A stretch of DNA of 64,000 bases from the human T2T-CHM13v2.0 reference genome, Homo sapiens. Under the pieces are notes generated by a model, which had not been told where the DNA came from, made no database searches, and saw nothing but the letters and a program-made list of their open reading frames with translations. Shown here one piece after another: positions 42,066 through 55,719 of this stretch (within the stretch, counting starts at the first letter, position 1; the number at the start of each line of letters is the position of its first letter). The position numbers and the translations under genes are program-made. The stretch is from assembly GCF_009914755.1 (NCBI RefSeq), contig NC_060933.1. One strand, 5' to 3'.

Positions 42066-42510
42066 ATTGTTAATCAGAGTTTGGTCTGGAAAATTAAAAC
42101 CATTCTAAGTATTTTACCCAGAAAAGTTTTGAATACCAAGTGTCAGAGGCTCACAAAGCAATTGGAAGAGCTGTTGGATGTTGAAGAGTAAAAGTCAGGA
42201 CAGCCTCTGCTAGCTTTCAGTTAGCTGAAAGCACAGGAATTGCAGGGAACCACCACTGCTGAATCATGTGTGGACATCCCCAAACTATTGTCAAGACCAC
42301 ACGATTGCTGCTTTCTAGAGCCCATGTGCCTGCTGACCACTGCTGGGGAAATAATTGCTTCTTCTCTCCAACCTTCTAAACATCATGTGAGAACCTCTCA
42401 TTGATTCCTACATAAACCAGAAATCTGCTAGCAAGGAAGCATAGGAAAAGTAGTTTCCAGGCTTCTAGCCTCTGAAATATGAGAGAGAATGTAGAAGGGA
42501 GCCGAAATGC
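42066..42510 (-). mobile_element. Old LTR, probably ERVL class
   Basis: ccattctaagtatttta start and aaccagaaatctgctagcaaggaagcataggaaaagtagtttcc motif. Confidence 0.5.
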
Positions 42511-43733
42511 TAATGAAAAGCCCAAATCAAAGACTAACACAAAATACAAAAAAAAAAAAAAAAAAAATCATGGAAACAAAATGACTCACAGGGCAAGGAA
42601 GAAAGGGTAGGACAAGAGCATTAAAATATAAGACAAGAGAATTAAATAAAGGAACCCAAGGCAGAACTACGGTGAAGGACAAAGCTAAGACTAAGCCTCC
42701 AGGATATTTTCTGTGCTGATCAGCAAACTCCTTTTCCCTTTTGGGGACACACAGAGACAGCCAAAGTGGCGTCTTGATACACAGTGCAGTTAAGTGAGGG
42801 GCTTTCCAGATAATATGTACAGCCACCTTCCTTAGTCAGCCTGCCCAGTATTTCACATCTCCAAGGCAGCCCCTGGGTTAACCTGGATCTTACTGTGACC
42901 ATGCTGCTGAGATCAGAGCACCCTGGGGAAAGGCAGCAAGCATTGTAGCTAAAAGGGATTCCACTGTGAACACTCATCAAATAGGGCCACTCTGCTAGTC
43001 CCTGGTATGTAAATATTACAGTGAAATAAAGGAACAAAACTATAAGTTTCCTCCATTTATCCATATCCACAGTGGCAAAGTTTCCCTAAAATCTGAGTTA
43101 AATTCCATTTTATAGCATTGAAATGCCTCTTAACTATCACCATATATTTAAGGATCTTTTCCTTTTTTTCAAGAAAGCAATAAATGGTAATGTCTTTTCT
43201 TCTTGAGAAAAACACACCAAGATTTGTATATACCTGTTTTCAGAAAGATAAATTTCCTGTTGCTGTAGCAAAAGGAATATATGTTTGCAAAGTTCCTTGG
43301 AGACCCTTAGTTCAAACTCCTGCCAGCTTACTTTCCAATGCCAACCTCAAAAAAGGGAACCACTTATTGATCTCGACTTGTTTCTTTCCTCAGGAATAAT
43401 AAAACCAGTCAGAAAACGGTTTACTTAGAATTATCCTGTGGTAGACAATTTTGTCTCTGGGTTTTCACCCACAAAAGCAGGAAATGAGCAAACTCATTTT
43501 CCCTTTTGGGAATGAAGGAAAACCTGCTAGCACTTTTGGAAGAATTCACCTCACATGCAGTGAGCTAAAACAAATGTGATGATACCTGAGTGTTGTGTGA
43601 TGCTATTGCAAATAGAGAATAAAAGGCAACAGAATAATTCCTTGAATGGCTCCTAGACTTGATGCACTAAAATTTCTGTCTCATTGCTTATCCCAAAAGA
43701 ATTTGGCCTAGTCAAGGCAAGGGACTTACTTAC

Positions 43734-43823
43734 CCCTGCCTTGAGCAAACTCCTAATGAGTCTTCTAAGAGTGAAAGTTCTCTATCCGATCTCTCAGCTG
43801 GAAATATGTGCCTTACCAAGCTG
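43734..43823 (-). other. Candidate internal exon (90 nt)
   Basis: Acceptor ttgatcatttttctgttcccttaacag|cag (NAGNAG) and donor GGG|GTAAGT; sequence signals only. Confidence 0.4.
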
Positions 43824-44039
43824 CTGTTAAGGGAACAGAAAAATGATCAACATAAATTGCACCAGGAGATGGTAAAACACAAATGTTTTAGCAATGGGGG
43901 CTATTTAATGGGCTTCAGCTGTTCCAGCTCTACTCATTGTCATGAACTGAGGGTATAGGTACCATGGGATCCTTTAATATTCATTGCCAGTCACTGTTAC
44001 AAGTTTCTAATATTTTAAACAAGGCTATAAATGTTGTTA

Positions 44040-44166
44040 GTGTTATTATTTTCATCTCACAGTTGTGACAACTGAGGAACGAGGCAGCTAAGTGCCTTGC
44101 CTACACAGATACTAAGTGAGCAAATTGGGATTAACACCCAAGCACTCTGACTCCAGAGGCCATGCT
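44040..44166 (-). mobile_element. MIR SINE
   Basis: attttcatctcacagttgtgacaactgagg...tctgactccagaggccatgct. Confidence 0.8.
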
Positions 44167-46043
44167 GGGAAGCCTTGGGGCACTTGCCCAAGCTGTTAAA
44201 GCAGCATGTGCCCACCCACAAACTTAAGGCAGGTGCTATACATCATTGCCAAAAGCAAGTTCCCCACCTCCTATCCTTGGTACTTGGTAGCAGCTGATGT
44301 CAGGCCATCAATGATGATTTGCTTTCTAAAATGAACTCCAGAAGACTTCTGGTAAAACCTATCAATTCCTAAAGACTCGAGACCTGGGTCCACGTGTGTT
44401 CACTACCCAGATAACTCTTCTTTTTTAATGTACTCAATAAGTCTCGTGACCTATTTTATTACAAGTAAGATCAGAACATATTGTAGCAGAGAGGCCAGTG
44501 ATGCTGCCAGACTGTAGGTAGTAGCATGGGCCATGTTCTGCAGAGTGCTCTTTGGGGCAATCTAACCTGTTCTTTGCTGATGCCAAGAGGTCCAGGCAGT
44601 ATTTAAAAATCAAGCTGTCCAGCTGGACAGAGTGCAATGCTAAGGAGATCATATGTCTCAGTTCATCTGGGAAAGTCTTGGTTTCATCCTGCTTTCCCAG
44701 TGTAGTTATGAATAACACTCCCTTTCACTTTCAAGTCTTCCAGTGTGAACTGTGGATAGCTACATGGTGACTCTGGGCATCTTCCACCTCTTCATGCCTA
44801 TAGCCAGGCAGGAGCCCCAAGAATCTGGCTTCTTTGAGAGAGATGAGCTATTGGTTTCATCTTTTAGATATCAGGGACTCAGGGGTCCCATGGATACTCA
44901 CACCTAATCAGAGAGCCTGATGACATCAAGGAGTTCATCAATTGTGTGACGATTTTTCTTTTGTAAATTTTTTTCAGAGAGTTTCAGGTTAAGTATAAGC
45001 CATTCAGAATAATTTTTTGTGTATATATTTCTCCCATCACATATGCAAAGCTGCTTAAAAAATCACTATTGGTTACTTTCTTCTTCAGAAGTCTTCATTA
45101 GCATAACATGAAAAGGACATGCACATAGCCTGATTATATGTTCATATGAAAAGTCACTCGAGGAAATTAGGAACAGATTTTATTGACAGGGATAGATAAT
45201 AATAACACCTGAGCCTCTCCCACAAGTCCTAGCGGCCACTGGTCAAATGTACCAATTGTTACTAGCAGTCATTTGACTTTCGACATTCATTTATTTCAGT
45301 ATAGAAATCTTTGAAGGAAGATCTCCAAGCATGCCTTACTGACATTCTGAAAAGTGTTGCAGCTTAAACCATTATCTAATACCTTATTCATTTTTAGTTA
45401 GGTTAGTGGCAAAAATGATACACTAGATTAGAAGAAGTAGAAGGACGATAAAGGACAGGCCAGTTTAAGAAAGGCTTTATTGATAGACAAAAGTAGAAGA
45501 GACCAAATCTAAGCACTGTCTGTTTCAAAAATGTGATTAAGCTCATGTATGCCAGGCACAATCTCAGTCTCAGTCTACAAATTCTGTTACTGACTCCTGC
45601 ACAATGTCAACCCCTCTCCTCACCTCCCAGCCTGCATCGGAAGTAACCTCTATATCCACATAGTGTCTAGCTCCTGCTCCACTGGTAATGTGGAGGAGGT
45701 GTTGAGCAGCTTTCCATCTGGATGCCCAACCAATGGAATTTACTCACTCAGACATTTAAAAAGCCCAAAGCATCGTTGACAAGCTTACATCACAAATCTT
45801 CTGATCTGTGGCTTTGGAAAATGAGTGTAGGTGTCAAACCCTGAAGAATTAATTAAACATGCATTTGATTTAATTTCTACAGCCCTCAGTTCTGAGACTA
45901 AGATAGACAAAAGCAATAGGCAACACTGAGTCTCACCAATATGTACCACTGGGGTAAGGTGCCTTCAGCTCTTACCCTGTCTATACATCCCCAGCACTGA
46001 GGCCATCAGTCCCCTGGGCTTCACTTACCTCTGCTTTACTCAC

Positions 46044-46156
46044 CTCATTCCACCCTGCATTCTGTTAAACTCCCTGTGAAGCTCCTCCAAAGCAGCCCGA
46101 ACTCTGGATGCTTTTGTTATGAGATGCTCCTTGAGGAGGAAGCCAGGACTTTGATT
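46044..46156 (-). other. Candidate internal exon (113 nt; alternative donor gives 128 nt ending 46029)
   Basis: Long U-rich tract ending ccag| as acceptor; tandem donors GAG|GTGAGT and GAG|GTAAGT. Confidence 0.45.
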
Positions 46157-47405
46157 CTGGAAAAAAGAAAAAAAAATCTTCCATATACTGGAGTTGGTGC
46201 CCAGTATTTCCATTGCCTCAGCCAGACTTTATGGGACATTGCTTTTTCTTTTATCCTAAGACTTGAATTTTAAATCTGACTTGTGTAAAGATTTGTGTTT
46301 TTATCAAATGTTCTATCCCTTTTTGACCCGCACCAGAAATCATTTTCCACATTGTTACTGGAGAAGTTCATGGGTCTTCTTCCCTTAGGTTTAATGGTGA
46401 GTAATAATTGTGAGGCCCAGATGTTCTCCAGACTATTTTATTTCTGTAGCAACCAGGAAGAAATGCTTTCTGTTCAGGCTCTCTCACTCTCAACTCAGAT
46501 ATTCAGGACATAAAGCACAGTCAACACATCACTGTTGGTTCCTTTCTTCTAGAACAGCCCTCATGCATATCTTCTAGCTTTAAAGTGAGAAACTCCATTA
46601 AATTCCAGCCATTCTTGCTTAGTGTCCCCACTTCCTCTTATTCCCTAGGATGTGTAAAAGAATTAAATACCTCCAAACCTTGAGGCACGGAGTTTTTCTT
46701 TTCCAGTTTGAAACTGGCTTGTCCAGTATTTTTTCTTCACGTTGACTCTAAAAGGCTAAAAATCATAAGATAAAACTGCCCCTCAACTTCTAACAGGACT
46801 CAGGCCTTGGGGCTCCTCATCAGTTTCCCTGCTTTTCCAGGGACCAACATCGCTTTTGTACATCCAAAGCAAACAAAAATGTAAATGTTTTAATCCCATT
46901 TGAACAAGAAAATAGCTCTCTATATATAGAAAAGATTTATCATATGAATGTGCAATTAAAGACTAAGGGATTAACGTAAGCTTTCTTGAACATAATATGT
47001 AATTTGAGCTTGAGCCTTGAGGAAGAGGTGGTGTTTCACTCTATAGTAAGAAATAATTTTGCCTGTCATTTGTTTAAAATAAGAAAAAGAAGAAACAAAT
47101 TAATGAACAATTTTCTTTAGTTTGTATGAATATATTAGAGTCTATTGTTTCTGAATATGAAGTATAGTGATTCTGAATATGGATTATATTGTTTCTACAG
47201 CAGCAGCTGTGACTGTCCTGCTTGTATTCAGACTTTGAAGAACAAGTGGCTATTGTAAGTATTGATTCTATGAAGCTGTAAAATTTATGAAACCCAAATA
47301 TTAAAATTATGACAATAAACCTCGGTCTACCCTTGACCCTGTGCCCATTAACAATAAGATGGATGAACTGAAAACTAATGGAGGAAACCTGGGTCATTTA
47401 CTTAC

Positions 47406-47510
47406 CTACTACATGAGGAGACTTAATCCTAGGCGATTTGAACAGAAAATGCTCTTTGCAGCTCTTCTAGTCCAAATATAATAGCGAGATTTCATGTCAC
47501 ATTTTAACTC
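47406..47510 (-). other. Candidate internal exon (105 nt)
   Basis: Acceptor tgtttttcctctgcttcttccttccccag|g and donor TAG|GTAAGT. Confidence 0.45.
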
Positions 47511-49457
47511 CTGGGGAAGGAAGAAGCAGAGGAAAAACATTCAGGAAAAAGTCATTTACTCAAAAAGATGTTAGCAAGGGAGCCAGATTTTTGAAAAATC
47601 GGTTCATCAAATAAAGACAGAACATATGTTTAAAGGAAAAACAAAACTGCAAAATTACCAGGTTATCAAATTTACAGTTAGTTTGTTTATGGTAGAAAAA
47701 GAACAATGTTCTCTCATTATTATCATATCCAAGAAGATCCTGACATGGTATCAATTGTCAGCATTATAAAAGTCAAGGGTGAAGGTGTTTGCATTAGGAA
47801 GTCAAAACTTAAGAAGTCAAAAACTCAGAGAACATCTGAGCTTTCCCTAATTTTGAGACTAGAATTAAACATAATGACTCGGTTATTTGGCTTGTGCTGA
47901 GGTGCAAACTTTGGTTTTTGTTTGGTTGGTTCCCTGGTCTTGAGATGTGATGTAAATTGTTACCTAATATGGAGGCCTGCCAAGAAGTCAATCTTGCTTT
48001 CACCCTCCAGACTATCAGTAACAGTTGTTCAAGCATGAAAGATTCTAAGATGCCTCAACTGGGATAAGTATATGTTGTAATATATGAACAGAATTTTCTC
48101 CCATGAACATGAAAAAAGTTGAGCAGGGTCATTTCTACCAGACATTTTGTTTTTTAACTTCTGCTCAATTTGAATGCCCTTCTTTTACATATAAGAAGGA
48201 GAGGAGTAACCTGGTAAAAATCATACATCAGATATTATAACTCTGACTTGAAACTAGGTGTTCTAATAAGTGGTCCAGCAAACACATGGTAGAGAGTGAG
48301 GAGGAAGGGGACACTTATAAATATTTGTAGAATAAGCAAATTCTCTTTTCATTTCACCAAGCTGAATGCACTACAAAAATTAAAATTGCCATATCACACT
48401 CTGGAGCTTATCCATTCAGAGTAATTTTACCTACTCTACTGTAATGATTTCTTTTCCATTGTGGAGAGAATTGATTTTTGTAAAATATCAAGTTGAATAA
48501 TCCTTGTGTGCAATAGGATCATTGAGTGTTCGCTGTATGAAGGAACTCATGTGGTTTGCCAGAAATCTCTGTGTGACTCTGGCTAAGTAGTAAGTGGTAG
48601 AATGCATGAATTATGTGAAGTGAATGCTGTGTGCTCATTACATGATTCCACAGAAGCTTGCTATTTCTGCCTGACTTCTTATGTAAAGGGTCATTTTTTT
48701 AATTTCCAAAGTTTAGGTTTTTTATCTCAATTTGGTTTCTTGATAGTTTTTTTCCCCTGTAATGAATCATTAGTTTAGCCAAGAGTTTTTATCTAGTTTT
48801 GCTTTAGAGTGCACAGATTTTCCTGAAAATTCACTCGAATAACATGTTCCTTGCATCTTTTCCTCAGAGTTGAATTGCCTTTTTCAGTTTGAGTCTGGCA
48901 AACCTAGAGCTTCTTACTCAGCTCCAGTCCCACCTTTTAGCAGTGGAAAGGGGCCAGAATACATGTTTTGCAGACTCTTGCCAAATCAGCTGTTGATGTA
49001 GTTCACTTACTTTTCAGACCTCACCACAGATGGCAGCAAATCCTACAGCAAAAAATGTGTTGAGACCAGAGGGCCCACAATAACTGGCAATTTACTGTAG
49101 TGTACTCAAAATCAACTGTGAACCCTGAGCATCCTCTGCATGAGGTAATTCTATTTTTAAAATATTACTATGAGATTTAAGAACTATAATGCCTAACTCC
49201 TTTTGCACATTAATATTTAAACATTAAATAATAATTGCATTCAAAAGAAAGCCACTTCTAAGAAGTAAAACACACTGTTTTGAAAAGGGGTAAGAATCTC
49301 TTTGGAAGAATAATGAGAATGAACAGGAGTAAGAGAAAACTGTAGCCTGAAAGCTAGTTTCATTGACTCTGCATGAGACTAGAACACACTTAATGAATTT
49401 CTGTTTCTTTACAGACAGCTAATTAAAGTCCATTGACAGATTATATATATAGCATTA

Positions 49458-49482
49458 TTATATATATATATATATATATATA
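49458..49482. repeat. (TA)n microsatellite
   Basis: About 12 TA units. Confidence 0.9.
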
Positions 49483-50029
49483 GCATTCTTGATGTTGGAG
49501 TGAACATACAAAGAAAAAATTATAAAATGGACTTCAAGTCTACTATTTTTTCCTTTAAAAATGTATAAGAAATTAAGGTAGCATTTTTTTGCTTTGCTGA
49601 TACCCATGTTATTTTAAAATGTAATAAAAAATTAAGAGAAGAGTTTTGCTGCACTCTTAGAAGACATACTCTTTTTTTCTAAATATGAAAATAGTGGTTT
49701 GTTCTATAAATTTCATTTCCATAAAAAAAATTTAATATTTATATGTGCATGTTTCACCAAAAAGTCCTGCATTTGTGAGGTCCTGGAAAAATATAAAAGA
49801 AATATCTTCTCTGAATCTTTATTCTAATTATAAAACCCACTGAAAAATGTATTGTTCATTGAGCTTTCCATTTATTATTAAAGTACATACTATATGTTAA
49901 CTTATGTAAAAGATGACATTGTGAGAAAATGACTGTGACTCTCAACCTGTCCCCTATGATGACTGGAATGAACAAACAGATATTAAAATAAGAAAAATTA
50001 TGTAGTTCATTATGATGAAAGCATTCTAA

Positions 50030-51400
50030 GAAGGTTATGTCAAAAGACTGAGGAGTAAATGCTGCCAAAACAGGCAACATTGTGGATTAATTTTACTCAC
50101 AGAAAGTATTTTTAGTGATATGAAAAATGACTCTTTCTCAATTCACCAAGATTTTCACCATTGTGACTGGACATTCTCACCACAGAAACAACGTTGCAGA
50201 AAATTAAATCAGCAATATGACATATATTCTGGGAATGCAAAGAAAGATCAGAAAGAGGTAATAATAACCAAAATTAACACATTAGGTCTGAAGGCCAGAA
50301 ATTGAAGCCCTATTTTATGGAGGCTCCATTTTTTTAAACGTGAAGTCGGAAAAAATGAAAGATAAAAATACTCCAAGATAAAAATAGCAGACAGAATTAG
50401 CAGAACAAGTGGGGGGTGCTGGCGGGGGAAGACTTGAATTCTAAATTCAAAAGGCATACTGAACACTTGCAGAAAATAATAAAAAGAGAATAACTAGATA
50501 TATTTTGGCAGAATTATTTAATTATATGAATTAAGAAAAATCCTACGAATATTCATTCAGAAAAAGTTGTATATAACCTAGGAAAGAAATTTCTTCCCAT
50601 GCTCAAAAACAAATCTAAAATATCATAAGACAATGGAGCAACATCTAAAGAGTTTTAACATGGAATACTTGTTCAAAATTTTTCTTCATGTGTGCAAGCA
50701 CAAGAAATATTTTCCTCATTCTTACGTATTTCAGCATGTCTATTATTCTTACATCTTTCCTAATACACATATTAAAGCCTGCAAGGAAAACTAAAGAAAA
50801 AAGAAGATGAAATGATTTCATCTATTCAAAATAAATCATCCTCAAACTAAGCAAATATATTTAATAAAAAATACATCACGATCAAAAACACTGACTAGTT
50901 TAAAATAGGTCATAAAAGAAAATCATGTTATCTAAGTCAATGTAAAAATAATTTTATAAAATTTAATTCGCATGCTGGGTATAATCGAAATAAGAAAGTT
51001 ATTTCTTGACATGTTAAAATGTAACCATTCTGAATTGGATCATCACGCTTAATGAAGAAATTATTGAAGCATTTTAATTAAATTTAGTAAAATAAAAAAT
51101 AAAACCAAACCAAAATATAAAGTTACTCATAACTAAATCATTAGTAAATATTTTTTCTGATCATACTAGCCTAAACAAAAAATAAGAAAAAGAAATAAAA
51201 AGGCATACATTCTGGAAAAATGAGATAATAAATTAATTTGCAGTTGATATGATTACCTAGAAAATCCAAGATAACTCACTAAAAAAGGGAAAAAAACCAC
51301 ACTATTAGAACTGATTATTAATTAAATACTAAATAAATAAACTAATATTATATACCTTGTTCAGAAGAAATATACAAAACAAGTAGCGGTCATATATATG
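50030..51400 (+). mobile_element. Highly degraded L1ME-type fragments
   Basis: A-rich L1-like text, e.g. atttgcagttgatatgattacctagaaaatccaag (FADDMI.YLENP-like RT motif) at ~51237. Confidence 0.55.
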
Positions 51401-54400
51401 AGTAACACTTTTTTCTATAACAGCTTTACCAGACAGTTCTGCACTGAGAATTACAGAAAATGCTTAGGTAGGACACAGTAACAGAATTACAAAATCCAGC
51501 TCTGAATTTCTAATACATGATCCAAAAACCATCTGTTAATTATTGCAATACCTACTTAGCTGAATGGATGAGCAACAGAAGGGGAAGTCAAGGAAGTAGA
51601 AATCATTGCCCCTGATATTATGAAACTTGAATACCTGAGGAGAGTATATATATACACACGAAACCATTCAAAACTGGAATTAATTTTACATTATACATTT
51701 ATATTTTTACATTCTATAGTTTTACATTTTTTATATAAGAAGAGTTCAGTCTGCCTGAATAGTCAATACAATTTGTAAATGTTTTCATCCTCAAATATAA
51801 TTTCTGACAAAAAATAACCTTGTTTGGGTTGGGGGAAGCAAATAGGGGCACGAAGTCAGCTTATTTCTAAATACAAAGTTAAGTATATGAGATTTTTCAT
51901 CAAGAAAAAAGTCCATTAAACTCATCCTAGGAATTCACGAGTGAAAGCTTTTTCCTATATCAAAGGAATGTATCCCTCACTCCACAATTGCACCCCTAGA
52001 AAACCTATTTCATGGCATAATTTTTGTTCTATTACTGGAATGAAATAAAATCATGGAAATAAAACCAATCTCAGATAATTATTTTCTGAATATGCGGAGA
52101 CATTTCAGGACAACCAGTAACTAAGCAATGCCTAAAAATAGCAAAAGATCATTAAGGAACAGCAACTGTGTATTTCTGGCATTTCATTTGCCATAGATGG
52201 GGGATTTTCCAGCAGGCACATGAAAGAGGAAGGAAAAATGAGACAAGAATTATACCTGCCACCTGACCCAGAAACTTTATGAATTAGTCTGAGAATGGTA
52301 CGTGAGTTATCTTTTTAACAGTGATTTAGGAACGTGTAGCATATCACTTTTAAATGCTGAGTGAATCTGACATGATCAATTCTCAACATTAAGAAAAAAA
52401 TTATATTTGGACAAATTGCATCTCATCTACTGCTTCTCAACTGTACCGGTGCCAGCAATATTAAAGCTTTTAGCAAACTGACTTACAGTCATCTGTGTCA
52501 GTTACCTGGCAGACATCAGAATGGAGGCCAAGCGGTGGCCATTGTTTTATGTATTTCGACTTTTTAATCCCTGTGACTTTTTTGTATAAGAAACTTGAGT
52601 TATGTCCCAGATATTTAATATTAATCCCATAACCCTTCTATATTCCAGCGTGCAAAAAATGTCTATTTTTTTTTACTTGATAGATTCTGAAGAATCAAGT
52701 ACCTAAATAAATTTAAACTGATTTTGCTAACAGCAACATCAGAGAAATTACCTTTGTTTCTTGGCAATTTTAGTTTATTATAAAATATGCCCAATGCAGG
52801 AAGCTGTTTTACTAATTTTTACATCAGGCTGGTACTGAAGGGCAGCCTCATCTCCTAAGCCACCATGATGAGCTAAGAACTTGGGACTCTTAGATGTACA
52901 GTTTTCTTCAATTGGTGGCTTTATTGAGGTCATCACAATCAGTTGAGAAATCCTCTGTTTAAGCTTGCTTTGTTACAAGATTATAGATGCAAGAAAAGCA
53001 GGATTTGTGTACCTATCCTTACTCTATTGTACTTCCTCTAAGAAGGTCATTTGCTAGTTTCCTGGGCCATCTACATCAAATTAGATGAAGGAATTCTTCA
53101 TATTCAATTCCTTTGGGTTCTGTTCGATTCTGGGTCAATTAGTGTTTTTGCTATATTAGGCATAGACAATTGTACTTATATCTAGAAAATTTTCTTTTCT
53201 ACACTGCTGAGATTTACGCATCTTTTGTAGGATGTGCCTTTAACTTACTCCCTATTACAAGGCCAGTTGGTCTCACGTTCACGATAATTTGCATAATAGA
53301 TTGGGTTCCTCATAGAATTCCTAGTATTCTTTTCTGGATAGATGAATTAAGTCAAACAGAAATTCCCTTGATATTGATGGTTCAAGCTGTTTTAAGACTT
53401 AGGATGCAGTGACATATACAGTAATATTTTGCAAAGTTAATATTGATGTTGAAAAAAATGAGGGACAGAGTGGTTAGGTGGCTTCCCAAGGTCACAAAAT
53501 CAATAAGGAGGACAGCAGTAATTAAAATGGCATGGTAGTTTAGAATCTATATGCCTAAATACACAGAGATTCAATGAGTTTTACTCATCATGTCTTTGTC
53601 ATCATTTCATTATCTTGTACTATCTTAATATATTTTTACCAGGACTTTCCTGGGGTTGTGTAGGTGGAATCATTTTGTTCCTATTAAGCACAAAAGATAT
53701 TTGGCAGGGACACATTAAGGAAATTATAAGTTAAATAATGGAGAATAGTCACTCAGACCTGAAGTAGGCTGAATAGGTATATCTCGAAGCAGATGTATCC
53801 CATCAAGTACCAATTTCATCGATCTATTCTATTGAGCGTAAATAGGCTAGCCAACATTTCATTGCATCATAGAGACACAATATAATTTTCAGCAGACTGT
53901 GAAGTCTAGTGAGCTGCCTGTGGCCTGCAGTGTGGCAATCAGAAGCTGTATAGGTTTGAGCAAGTCACTTAACCACTCTGGGGTTCAGACGAAATAAGGG
54001 AGTTGAGCTTGATGGGTTCTACCAATCTTTCCACTTCTAATCATCATTTTTGCTTAGACTAAGTTAGTATTTTTCATTATGATGTTACTGGAATAGAACA
54101 TTAGAATAGGAACCCTTAATTATAAACGACAGGGATTTTACTGAAAATGCCACAAAAAAGGGCAAAGGAACATTCTTCAAAATGCTTTTTCAAAACCCTA
54201 TCTTTTACTAATCTTAGAGTTGTATCTTCTTAAGGATAATTGTATTTTCTTCAAAATTAAGTAGAATCTCTTTCAAGAAAAGAAGGTTATTCTCATGGAT
54301 AAAATATAGTGAATGCTTTAAAATTTGAATTTCTTAGAAGAAAAATTGCTCCAGTGTAATGAGAAGAGTCGGAGCCTCTCTCCGAAAGAGCATTAATTGT

Positions 54401-55719
54401 TCCCCACCCCTTCTGTCTGACAGTCAATTACTAAGAAATAAAATTATGTATTTAAGTAAATAATTTTTTGAAAATGATCTTTCAAATTACTACTTACATT
54501 ATTGGCCTTTGAATTATAAGTGTAAGATTATTTTAATAAAGTTATCTTATAAAATAGTTACATTTTTTACACCTCGTAAAAACTAGAATACTATCCACAT
54601 TATATGTTGCATTTTACAATCTTAAGCAGTATAAATGAATGTAGAAATTGCTTAATATTAATTAGCCAACATAAATACTGTTATTATCTATGATTCTTAA
54701 TTGAAGACAGTCCACAGTAAAAAATAAAAAAAAATTATCTTAAGAAGTAGTGTAACTGGAGTCTACTCTCTAACCCCATGTTGTACATAGTGAAACATAA
54801 ACCCCAGATTTCCATGAATTAGGGTCTTGAGCCTTTTATGGCAAATATAAATACTCTGGGGGATTCTGGTTTAAAATTTTCTAAGACCATACTTCCTGCA
54901 TCAGCCTCTTCCAATTTGTCACTAAAATTCTAATGGAGCCCTGAAAAGAAGAAATTTCTTAGTAATACTAACAACAGAAATATACACCTGGTCTACTGGC
55001 CACACCAGAGAAATTTCTGCTAACCACAAAACCTTTGGAGCTCAGTTGACAACCATAATAAGGCTTCTCAATCTGAGAATTAAAAAGATGAAAAGACACT
55101 TGGCCTTTTACTAACTCCCTGTTTCCTGATTTGATAATTCTGGTTGTGTCAACCCAAACACCAAGCTAACATCTCTCTATTATGATTCCATTCCCTACCT
55201 CCCTGATGCTGTCTTTCTTCATGCATCCAACTAGAAAGTTCAACTTCCAAGGAAGAAAAAAAAATTGAAGGAAATTGAGGGATAACATATTACATTCTGG
55301 GAAGTAAAGTCCCAGCAGATAAAGCACTTTGGGAAAACATATTCAAAAAACCACTAGTAGCAATTCATGGAGGGGATCATTCTTATAAATTATTTAATGC
55401 GTTTGTTGTATCACAGAAACAGACTGTAGGAGGTGAAGAAATTCCAATCAAAATCTATCAATGCTACGCTAAATGCATTCCTGTTAGAAAGTGTAAATTA
55501 TCTTGAGAGTTGTTCTCGTTATCTTGCCCTTCAGCTATTGGTATGAGAAGAAAATTATAATATTGTAATACCATAGCAAAGACAGAGTACCTGCTCAAGA
55601 TAAAGTTCCAGCTTATTTATTGGTAGGCATTGGGTCTGTTTGAATCTCTTCATGTTCTAGGACAAGGATGAGTATGTAAGAAGGTAGGTAAATTGATTGA
55701 TAAATAATAAATTAGATAA

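Noticed and set aside
52100-52760. Scattered splice-like signals on both strands
   Set aside because: Could not pair strong acceptors and donors convincingly.
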